Shown here: positions 9,724 through 17,130 of the stretch, one piece after another
Position numbering within the stretch: the stretch's first letter is position 1
Layout: the number at the start of each line of letters is the position of its first letter
From: Opitutales bacterium
GTDB taxonomy: Bacteria; Verrucomicrobiota; Verrucomicrobiia; Opitutales; PNEW01
Direction: 5' to 3'
DNA length: 32,000 nucleotides
Assembly (NCBI GenBank): GCA_965219535.1
Contig: CBDCNV010000002.1
Location: forward strand, 2,100,001-2,132,000
The notes under the pieces: generated by a model
Told to the model about the DNA's origin: nothing
Seen by the model: the letters and a program-made list of their open reading frames with translations, nothing else
The model's database searches: none
Position numbers and translations under genes: made by a program

Positions 9724-10299
9724 GGAACTCAGGAACTCAGGAAAAGAATGTTGGCCACAGAAGGCACAAGAGACACTCCCAAAGAATAGCGAGATATTCC
9801 AAAAAAATTACAAGAAGGATTTTTACAGGAAGAGCGGGAAGAACGGGGAGACTGAACCGCAGAGGCGCCAGAGGTCACAGAGAAAAAGAAGAGTTGGCCA
9901 CAAAAAGCACAAAAAAGATTTAGAAAAGAAAAATTACGAAATACTATCAGGTGAAACACGTTGCTTAATCGCAATGGCATCCCACCCGCGTATGCGAGTG
10001 AGACTGATACGGATAAACCCTACCGCTTTTTTTAAATTTTGATTTAAAAAAACGCGTAGGGAATAGCCGTCGCTCAGCTATTGCTGAGCTATTGCGATTA
10101 AGCAACGTGTTTCACCTGCTCTATATAATGTTATTTTCGTAAGTAATTATTTTTATCCTCTATTTATTCGTGTGCATTCGTGTTTATTCGTGGTTAATTT
10201 ACTTTAATATCCAATTTTATCTCTTGTGCTTTTTGTGCCTTTTGTGGCTATATTTTCTCCGTGTCTCTGCGGTGAATCATTCCTGAGTTCTTGAGTTCC
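9724..10299. repeat. Large imperfect palindromic element of about 576 bp, with word-like terminal inverted repeats
   Basis: The ends are GGAACTCAGGAACTCAGGAA (9724-9743) and TTCCTGAGTTCTTGAGTTCC (10280-10299), which match at 19/20 as an inverted repeat. An inner perfect 28-bp inverted repeat, CAGGTGAAACACGTTGCTTAATCGCAAT (9948-9975) and its complement (10091-10118), is separated by 115 nt. Both arms also carry GCCACAAAAGGCACAAG-type words. Confidence 0.7.
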
Positions 10300-11074
10300 A
10301 TATTTTCTCAATTGAAACTTCCATTTTCTTCTCACAGAAGTCGGCCAGGTCTTGAGGAAATGGTGCTTCGAATTTAAGCTCAATCTCGGGATCCTCAATG
10401 ATCACTTGAGCGGCGTGAAGTGCCTGGCGATAATGGGGGAGATTTTGCTCCAACCGTTCTGTCCATCCCTTTTCAATAAATTCGAGATAGAGCGTGTCAT
10501 CAGGACCATAAATCTTATCACCAACGATGGTGTGGTTCATCCACTGAGCGTGAACGCGGATCTGGTGCTTGCGGCCCGTTGTCGGAATTATTTTAGCCAG
10601 GGTATAGCCACCTTCAGTGACAAGGGGGATAAATGTCGTCACTGCTTTTTGCGAAGTGCGTGAACGACGCACCGTCTGTTTGACATAAACTTTACTCGCA
10701 CCGTCGCGTGCCAGCTGCTTATTGACCGTTTGAGCTTCTGTCATTTCACCGTCGAGAATGGCGTAATATGTTTTTATAACTCTTCGTTGCTCGAAAGCCA
10801 TCTGGCATCGGCGAGCCCAGGCTTTATTTTTTGCGAGGATGATCACACCGCTGGTTTCACGATCCAGACGGCTCACTAAATGTAATGTTTCAAGTCCAGT
10901 ATATTCACGGCATGCGCCGACTAAACTGGATAAAGGGCCCTGTTTCGAGGGGTGACAGACAATCCAACCCGGTTTGTCGATTACAAGAAGATTTTCATCT
11001 TCACTTATGATCCATTTTTTTAAATCTGATAAATTGATTAAAGGAGGATCGGCAGAGAAATATTCCAAAGACAT
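10277..11074 (-). CDS. RluA-family pseudouridine synthase
   Basis: 265 aa with the catalytic motif HLVSRLDRETSGVIILAK (HRLD..TSG) and the KHQIRVH motif. The last 7 codons (WNSRTQE*) lie inside the terminal repeat of the palindromic element. Confidence 0.85.
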   Translation of the reverse strand: MSLEYFSADPPLINLSDLKKWIISEDENLLVIDKPGWIVCHPSKQGPLSSLVGACREYTGLETLHLVSRLDRETSGVIILAKNKAWARRCQMAFEQRRVIKTYYAILDGEMTEAQTVNKQLARDGASKVYVKQTVRRSRTSQKAVTTFIPLVTEGGYTLAKIIPTTGRKHQIRVHAQWMNHTIVGDKIYGPDDTLYLEFIEKGWTERLEQNLPHYRQALHAAQVIIEDPEIELKFEAPFPQDLADFCEKKMEVSIEKIWNSRTQE

Positions 11075-11106
11075 GGAGAGATAGTCAGGGTTAATAAGGG
11101 TGGGTC

Positions 11107-11937
11107 CTACTTATCTTTTTTGAATTGTTCCAGACGCGCTAGACGCAAGCCAATCGCTGCTATTTTTGTCACTATTAACTTCGGCAATTTTGATGAAAAG
11201 AATACAAGCAGTCGATTGTGCCAACCTGAAACAGTCAGCGATTTACCTTTAGCTAAAGCACAGAGTGCAGTCTCGACGACTTCTTCAGATGTTTGCCCCG
11301 GATAAGTGCTCATCGGTGATTCCGTGAAGCCGGCCCGCGTAAAAAAATTGGTTTCAGTGGGACCCGGGCATAAAACTAAGGTGCTTACGCCAGTCCCTTT
11401 TAAATCTTCATTCAAGGCGAGGCTCCAGTGCATGAGAAATGCTTTTGTTGCCGCATAGGTTGACATGAAAGGTAAGGGTTGAAACGCAGCAGTAGAGGCG
11501 ACATTGAGAATTACCCCACCTCTTTCGGTAAGCAGCGGCAATAGCCGAGCAGTCAAGTATACGGGGGCACAAACGTTGACCGACAGCATGTTCATTTGGG
11601 TTTCGCCATTTGGTTCAGGGAATTGACCGTAAGTGCCAAAGCCACTATTATTAATGAGCAGAATCTCTCCACGGCCTCCGTTTTCCGTGAGAATTTCTAT
11701 TAATTGTGTGCATTGTGAATTTAATTCGTCAGCGTTGCTGAAATCGCAGGGGAAATGGATAATTTCACAATTATCTCCAATTTCTCCGGGTTTCGAACGA
11801 GAAAGATTGCAATATAAGGCGTTGTCATTTAGGCTATTTATAGCTTTGAAGAAAGACTCCCCAATGCCCGAAGACCCCCCGGTTATGACGACTGCAGAAA
11901 ATCGGCTGAGGACAGTTTTTATTGATTTCTTACTCAC
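11107..11937 (-). CDS. Short-chain dehydrogenase/reductase (SDR) family oxidoreductase
   Basis: Cofactor motif VITGGSSGIG, plus NNSG and the catalytic YAATKAF (YxxxK). Confidence 0.85.
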   Translation of the reverse strand: MSKKSIKTVLSRFSAVVITGGSSGIGESFFKAINSLNDNALYCNLSRSKPGEIGDNCEIIHFPCDFSNADELNSQCTQLIEILTENGGRGEILLINNSGFGTYGQFPEPNGETQMNMLSVNVCAPVYLTARLLPLLTERGGVILNVASTAAFQPLPFMSTYAATKAFLMHWSLALNEDLKGTGVSTLVLCPGPTETNFFTRAGFTESPMSTYPGQTSEEVVETALCALAKGKSLTVSGWHNRLLVFFSSKLPKLIVTKIAAIGLRLARLEQFKKDK

Positions 11938-12000
11938 ACTGTTAATGGGCGGTTATAGACTGTATCTCATTAAATCTGAACGCTAAAGAAAGGAATATGC

Positions 12001-12375
12001 ATGAAAAATAACGACCATGAATTGATAATATCAGGTGTTCATTTGGAACTGACTCAAGCACTGAAAGATATCGTGTATGAGAAAATTGAAAAGCTTTTCC
12101 GTCATGAAGAGCGAATTATAAGAATCCGTGTTGAATTGGAATTCAATTCTACGGTAACAAAACAGAATCAGTTTATCGCTAAAGGACATATTGAGATTTA
12201 TGGTAAACCCATGGTCGTTTCTGAGGCTTCGGATGATATTTATAAGTCAATTGATCTAGCAGTGACTAAACTGGATCGCATACTGCGTCGGCGCTCGCGC
12301 TTGAAAAAAGTGAAACGTAAGCATCCGCATGAGATTGATATTCCAGCGGAAATCCCGAAAATCGAGCCAGCTTAA
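12001..12375 (+). CDS. hpf: Ribosome hibernation promoting factor (HPF/RaiA, short form)
   Basis: 124 aa. The sequence I.G.HLELTQALKDIVYEKIEKL...AKGHIEIYGKPMVVSEASDDIYKSIDLAVTKLDRILRR matches the sigma-54 modulation / S30EA family pattern. Confidence 0.85.
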   Translation: MKNNDHELIISGVHLELTQALKDIVYEKIEKLFRHEERIIRIRVELEFNSTVTKQNQFIAKGHIEIYGKPMVVSEASDDIYKSIDLAVTKLDRILRRRSRLKKVKRKHPHEIDIPAEIPKIEPA

Positions 12376-12398
12376 TCTTTGAATGAATTAATCAAAAA

Positions 12399-12433
12399 AG
12401 CCCAGGAGTTTATCCTCCCGGGCTTTTTGTTTG
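12399..12433 (+). terminator. Rho-independent terminator after hpf
   Basis: AGCCCAGGAG-TTTATC-CTCCCGGGCT forms a 10-bp stem with one mismatch. It is followed by TTTTGTTTG and sits 24 nt after the hpf stop. Confidence 0.6.
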
Positions 12434-12545
12434 TGAGAGTTGTCAAATGAAAATTAAATAGATTATGAAGAATGTGCTTTAACTTTTTCATCACGCTTAC
12501 AGAATGGAAAATTCAGTAAAATATTAATTAATAACCCCTTCACTC

Positions 12546-12941
12546 ATGGCTAAAAATTCAATTGTTTTTGGAATAATAATTATCGTTGTTAGTATCTCAT
12601 TTTATATCGGCACATACAGGGCCAGTATGACTGCTTTGATCCCCGGAATTATGGGGGTCGTAATGGTCATTTGCGGTTTGCTCGCACGCAAAGAAAATAT
12701 CCGCAAACACCTGATGCACGTATCAGCAGTCATTGCCTTAATCGGATTTATCGCTACAGCAGAAGGTATATTAAGATTGATCGGGATGCTGGACGGTGCA
12801 GAAGTCGAGCGTTCGATAGCATTTATTGAAATGGCGATCAGTTCTGTTATTTTTCTCATCTATGTTATCCTCTCCTTTCAATCCTTTCGCGAAGCGCGGA
12901 GGGAGAAAGTGGGGGGGAGAGTAGTGGAGAGTGAACAGTGA
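12546..12941 (+). CDS. Small hypothetical membrane protein (about 4 TM)
   Basis: 131 aa with four hydrophobic segments. I recognise no family. Its stop codon lies inside a GTGAACA heptamer array. Confidence 0.55.
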   Translation: MAKNSIVFGIIIIVVSISFYIGTYRASMTALIPGIMGVVMVICGLLARKENIRKHLMHVSAVIALIGFIATAEGILRLIGMLDGAEVERSIAFIEMAISSVIFLIYVILSFQSFREARREKVGGRVVESEQ

Positions 12942-12964
12942 ACAGTGAACAGTAAACAGTGAAC
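12930..12964. repeat. Heptanucleotide tandem repeat (AGTGAAC)x5
   Basis: The array reads AGTGAAC AGTGAAC AGTGAAC AGTAAAC AGTGAAC directly. It places TGA in all three + strand frames. Confidence 0.9.
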
Positions 12965-13012
12965 CGTCACAGGCGTTTCAAAGTGTTGAAAGTATGCTTG
13001 AATGCGTTCGAA

Positions 13013-13108
13013 TCCACTCTTGTCATTGCGAAGGAGGCGCAGCTGACTGTGGCAATCCAGGGGACTGTCAATAGATTACCGACATTCCCCTGGAGTGGAT
13101 GATGTCGC
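13013..13108. repeat. Modular palindromic intergenic repeat, copy A (CATTGCGAAGG / CCAGGGGA-hairpin family)
   Basis: TCCACTCTTGTCATTGCGAAGGAGGCGCAGC is shared almost exactly with copy C at 19303. The hairpin is CCAGGGGA (13057-13064) - 21 nt - TCCCCTGG (13086-13093). Confidence 0.7.
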
Positions 13109-13188
13109 CCCACTAAGGCTGGACATTAGAATATCCATCTTCTACTTGAAATTCGCGGGCACTTTCTACTAAATGGCCACTTTATGGA

Positions 13189-13265
13189 GCGCCGCTAGCT
13201 CAATTGGATAGAGCACCTGATTACGGATCAGGAGGTTGGGGGTTCGAGTCCCTCGCGGCGTGCCA
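13189..13265 (+). tRNA. tRNA-Arg (anticodon ACG)
   Basis: It folds as a cloverleaf by hand. The acceptor stem is GCGCCGC/GCGGCGT. The anticodon stem CCTGA/TCAGG carries the loop TTACGGA. The T arm is GGGGG-TTCGAGT-CCCTC, and CCA is encoded. Length is 77 nt. Confidence 0.9.
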
Positions 13266-13309
13266 TGGGTATCAATTACTTATAAAATTAAAAGTTAAGG
13301 AATAGCGCT

Positions 13310-14194
13310 ATGGCAATTGTAGAAATAACCCAGCTTGAGCCCCTCGTGGACAGGACAGATCTACTCAATCAACCGGAGGAATTGAGACGGATAGGGGAGG
13401 AAAGTGGATGCTTGTTTTTCGCCGGGTTGCTTTCCCCGAACAAGGTCAATAATGTCAGGGCTCAGATCCTTTCAGTTTGTGACAAGCACGGGTGGGTAAA
13501 GGAGGGAACAGATTACACGGAAGGTATAGCCAATCCGGAGGTACTTATCGTTGAAGGTAAAGATCCGAGGTGGATGGCTTTATACAATGATGTGCTGAAG
13601 ATTCGAGATTTTCATGATCTGGCTTTGGACGAAAACTTGAATCATGCGTTTGAGGTCCTCTTTGGTGAGTCGGTTCTACCTCACAGTCGGAATATTTGCC
13701 GCCTTGTTTTTCCAAACTCGGCCTTATACTCGACACCCCCTCATCAGGACAATTTCTATATTGGAGGATCTAAGGATACGTGGACGGCGTGGGTTCCTTG
13801 CGGTGATTGCCCGGAAACACTCGGCAGTCTGGCTGTTGCCAAAGGATCACATCGGCAAGGTTTGTTAGAAGCCCACAAAGCAGACGGTCCTGGAGAACAT
13901 CAGGTGGACGTGGAAAAGGATCAAGTCTGGGTAGGTGGAGACTATGCCTGTGGGGATGTGATCATTTTGCACAGCCTGACGATTCATCAAGGGAGAGATA
14001 ACCTGAGTCAGGATAAATTGCGTCTGTCTTGTGACTTTCGCTATCAACCGAAAAGCCATCCCGTCCGAGAAGATTCGCTGGAACCCCACATGAATTGGAT
14101 CACATGGGATGAGATCTATCAGGATTGGGACCCCACTGATCCAGTGAAGTATTATTGGAAGAATATGGATCTACAGATTGTTGAAAAAAAGTAG
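13310..14194 (+). CDS. Phytanoyl-CoA dioxygenase (PhyH) family Fe(II)/2-oxoglutarate oxygenase
   Basis: 294 aa with an HxD iron motif (PPHQDNFY), a distal His (HSLTIHQGRDN) and an Arg (LRLSCDFRY). There is no signal peptide. Confidence 0.8.
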   Translation: MAIVEITQLEPLVDRTDLLNQPEELRRIGEESGCLFFAGLLSPNKVNNVRAQILSVCDKHGWVKEGTDYTEGIANPEVLIVEGKDPRWMALYNDVLKIRDFHDLALDENLNHAFEVLFGESVLPHSRNICRLVFPNSALYSTPPHQDNFYIGGSKDTWTAWVPCGDCPETLGSLAVAKGSHRQGLLEAHKADGPGEHQVDVEKDQVWVGGDYACGDVIILHSLTIHQGRDNLSQDKLRLSCDFRYQPKSHPVREDSLEPHMNWITWDEIYQDWDPTDPVKYYWKNMDLQIVEKK

Positions 14195-14243
14195 GCGAAG
14201 CAGGTCACCAATCGCTTCCGAGTGCGAAGCCCGCCTGTCGTCC

Positions 14244-14430
14244 ATCTTGTCATTGCGCCTGTCGGCCATAGCCTTGGCGACGGCTGAAGGAGCAACGCGA
14301 CGCGGCTACCGAGCTTAGCGACATCTTCCACTCCAGGGGAATGTTTGTTGTATTATGTAGGTCCCTTGGTATTAGAATTAACTCTCAACCGATCGTCTCC
14401 ACGATTGCGGTATCCTCGCAATGACAAATC
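14244..14430. repeat. Modular palindromic intergenic repeat, copy B
   Basis: The ends are ATCTTGTCATTGCG ... CCTCGCAATGACAAATC (inverted). The internal module GCGGCTACCGAGCTTAGCGACATCTTCCACTCCAGGGGA is shared with copies C and D. Confidence 0.7.
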
Positions 14431-14680
14431 GAAAATTGCATCACTCTAACAATTGCCTAAAATGAAAAGCCCATTAAGTTTCTAGTATGAAGCGTGCGAA
14501 TTTAATAATCATAACCTTGCTCGTCGGCACTGCATTAGGAACTGAGAACGGTCAATTAACAGATTTAAAAGGGCGAGCGGAAAGAAATAGATGAGTAACC
14601 TGGCGAAAAAAAATCGCACGGCTTAATATTGTTACCTGACATAATTTGATAAAATCCGATAGGCACAAGAAACCAGGGCA

Positions 14681-15928
14681 ATGAATAAGTATAAAGCAGA
14701 AAATAAAAAGCGAGAGGCAGGATATAAATGGCTCGCGCGAATTTTATTACTCATTGCTTTTATTTATCACCTATCCTTAATCGGTTTATCTCCCTCATAT
14801 GGAAAAGCTATTTGGGAGGGGGTGGATCGAATCGTCGTGGTAGGGGATATTCATGGTGACTACGACCAGTTTATAAAGCTTCTCCGTTCAGCGAAGTTAA
14901 TAAATCATAAAAATAGGTGGACGGGTGGAGACACCCATCTTGTCCAGTTAGGGGATGTGCCAGACAGAGGACCTGATACGCTGAAAATAATTGAATTTCT
15001 TCAGAAACTGGAAAATCAGGCGAGAAGAACGAAAGGTTATGTTCACCTGCTTATTGGCAATCACGAAGCAATGAACGTTTACGGGGATTTATATTACGTA
15101 CACCCGGGTGAATTTAAGGCGTTCGCCAGACCTCAATCAAAGGATTTAAGGGAATTCTTTTATAAGAATACAATTGAAGCAATAAAAACCACCCTGCCCG
15201 AGGATGAATGGCCAAGCTTTGATGAAGATTTTAAATCGAACTGGGAGAAGGAGCATCCGCTTGGATTCATTGAGCATCGCTGGGGATGGGAGCCGGATGG
15301 CAGCATCGGAGAGTGGGTATGCGAACACGATGCAGTTCTAAAAATTAACGATTCTCTATTTATGCACGGGGGTATCGGACCCAAATTTGCTGACTGGTCT
15401 ATCGAAAAATTAAACGCGCAGATTCAGGCTGAATTAAAAGATAAACAGCTTAAAAAGAAGATACTGGCGGTAGACGAGGACGGCCCCCTCTGGTACCGCG
15501 GTCTTGCGCTTCACGGGGAGAGCGAAGAATCCACTCATCTTGAAAATCTCCTTAATAAGCATGACGTCAAACGCATAGTCATCGCTCATACTACCACCGA
15601 CGGGACCGTGATACCCCGTTTTAACGGCCGTGTCATACTGATTGATGTCGGCCTCTCTAAGGTTTACGGTGGACGGCAAGCCTGTCTCTTAATCGAGGGT
15701 GATGAAATATTCACGCTTCACCGCGGAAAGAAATTACCGCTTCCTACAGATTCCGGGGCCGGACTATTGAATTATTTGCGTCAGGCGGCGGCACTGGATC
15801 CCCATCCTTCACCGCTCTTAAAAAGGATTGCAGAATTGGAATTAAAACTCACAGAGCCGAGTCAGGACTCGGTTTCTCACCTCGACATTTCTCGCGAATC
15901 TGACGCCGCAGCTTATCCGGGTCATTAA
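14681..15928 (+). CDS. Membrane-anchored or secreted PPP-type metallophosphoesterase (Ser/Thr phosphatase-like)
   Basis: It has the motifs GDIHGD, GDVPDRGPD and GNHE in canonical order. The N-terminal hydrophobic segment WLARILLLIAFIYHLSLIGL suggests a signal anchor. The C-terminal tail of about 70 aa is low-complexity. Confidence 0.85.
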   Translation: MNKYKAENKKREAGYKWLARILLLIAFIYHLSLIGLSPSYGKAIWEGVDRIVVVGDIHGDYDQFIKLLRSAKLINHKNRWTGGDTHLVQLGDVPDRGPDTLKIIEFLQKLENQARRTKGYVHLLIGNHEAMNVYGDLYYVHPGEFKAFARPQSKDLREFFYKNTIEAIKTTLPEDEWPSFDEDFKSNWEKEHPLGFIEHRWGWEPDGSIGEWVCEHDAVLKINDSLFMHGGIGPKFADWSIEKLNAQIQAELKDKQLKKKILAVDEDGPLWYRGLALHGESEESTHLENLLNKHDVKRIVIAHTTTDGTVIPRFNGRVILIDVGLSKVYGGRQACLLIEGDEIFTLHRGKKLPLPTDSGAGLLNYLRQAAALDPHPSPLLKRIAELELKLTEPSQDSVSHLDISRESDAAAYPGH

Positions 15929-16985
15929 TGATTTCATAAAAGGACTTCAGGTAGGCGAGTGACTCTTTCCGTGTCAGGGAATTCAGTCCTATGGTATTTT
16001 TCCAGAGATCAAAAATGTCTTTTTTCTGCGCGTTAAAGAATTCAATATTTGCTTCCAGGATTCCGTCACTATGGCAGTACCCCCGGTAACGCCTTTGTTT
16101 AACGCTTCTCATTTTCAGTGATTTAGGCGGGCGGGCATAGGGCGCTGAGACTATGCCCGCATGGTCAAAATCATAGGGTATGGGCAAAAGCAGATTATCG
16201 TTTTCGGGATGGCGGATCAATCTCGCGTTATGACAGCATCGAGATCCTGGCTGGGCCATGAGGAGGGAGAAATCAAGATTGCCGATCATAAACTCATAAA
16301 TTTCTAAAAGATTTAAGGTAGTGGCTTCATACATATCTCTTGAGACTTTATTGATTCTCACCCTTTCACTACGATTTCGGTTTGCCATTTTCTTTTCATC
16401 TTCAATAAAAAAACCGTAACGGGTGATAGCTTTTCGCCGACCAACCGAATCGATATAAGTAATTTTTGCCAGTCTAGCCCTGAAGCTTCGGTCGGTCAGA
16501 AGGTTATAAGTGCGATACGCCAGATATTCCTTTAAAACATATTGTTCAAAAGCAGTTCCCGATTCACTACAATGGGTGACGAGTTTTAATTTATTCTGTC
16601 CCTCAAATACAGTCCCTTTAACATTAGGCTTTTCGAAATTAACCCAAATAGGTGGGAAATCACAAACTTCAATCATTCGTCGGGTATTCCCGCGCGTTTT
16701 CACGCGAATATTCAAAACGACACTTTCTTGACCTTCTCTTTCGTAAGTAAGGGACCCATCTAAATAGGGTATCTCCAGCTTCTCGTAACGGGTGGCACTG
16801 CCCCGTTGATTCAAAAGCGTTTTGAGTGGCGCTTCGACAGTGATATGAAGTAAGTCGTCAGACTCGAAAAGGGGAGCGCCCGCGTCCGCTAATTGTATTA
16901 ATGACGCGAAGAAAAACGCTGATAATAAAATGACACTGTTTATCTTCAGGCGAAAGTGACGATAAATTTTTTTTTGTGATAACAT
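15849..16985 (-). CDS. Secreted CotH-like (atypical kinase fold) family protein
   Basis: A signal peptide is present (VILLSAFFFASLIQLADA). RVKTRGNTRR...KLKLV...VLKEYLAYRTYN...GFFIEDEKK resembles the CotH N-lobe. MIGNLDFS, CCHNARL and IPYDFDHAG resemble the CotH catalytic and metal motifs. The family call is by eye and tentative. Confidence 0.6.
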   Translation of the reverse strand: MLSQKKIYRHFRLKINSVILLSAFFFASLIQLADAGAPLFESDDLLHITVEAPLKTLLNQRGSATRYEKLEIPYLDGSLTYEREGQESVVLNIRVKTRGNTRRMIEVCDFPPIWVNFEKPNVKGTVFEGQNKLKLVTHCSESGTAFEQYVLKEYLAYRTYNLLTDRSFRARLAKITYIDSVGRRKAITRYGFFIEDEKKMANRNRSERVRINKVSRDMYEATTLNLLEIYEFMIGNLDFSLLMAQPGSRCCHNARLIRHPENDNLLLPIPYDFDHAGIVSAPYARPPKSLKMRSVKQRRYRGYCHSDGILEANIEFFNAQKKDIFDLWKNTIGLNSLTRKESLAYLKSFYEIINDPDKLRRQIREKCRGEKPSPDSAL

Positions 16986-17130
16986 TTCCAGGGTTTTAAT
17001 AATTCAAAAATGAAATTCAATAGTCTATGTCTACAGTTATTATCGGATCGTAGTTGGGTCAAGTGACAATCGTCATCCCTCGTGTCAAAAAACCGGTTCC
17101 ATCTTGAAGTGTACTAAAAAGGCATCCCTA

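Noticed and set aside
9710-10042. 110-aa Lys/Arg-rich ORF (+) and the antisense 83-aa ORF at 9729-9980
   Set aside because: Both lie entirely within the low-complexity word repeats of the palindromic element. Their composition reflects the repeat words (GCCACAAAAGGCACAAG and similar), not a protein family.
10018-10061. Bidirectional terminator-like hairpin CCCTACCGC-T7 ... A7-CGCGTAGGG
   Set aside because: Only 6 G/C-containing base pairs form (CCCTAC/GTAGGG) before a 3x3 mismatch, and the rest is A:T pairing. It is plausible as a terminator for the RluA-family gene, but too weak to call as a feature.
13189-14680. tRNA-Arg as an integration site for a genomic island
   Set aside because: I see no integrase, no direct repeat of the tRNA 3' end, and no phage or conjugation genes downstream. 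The flanking repeats belong to the window-wide intergenic family.
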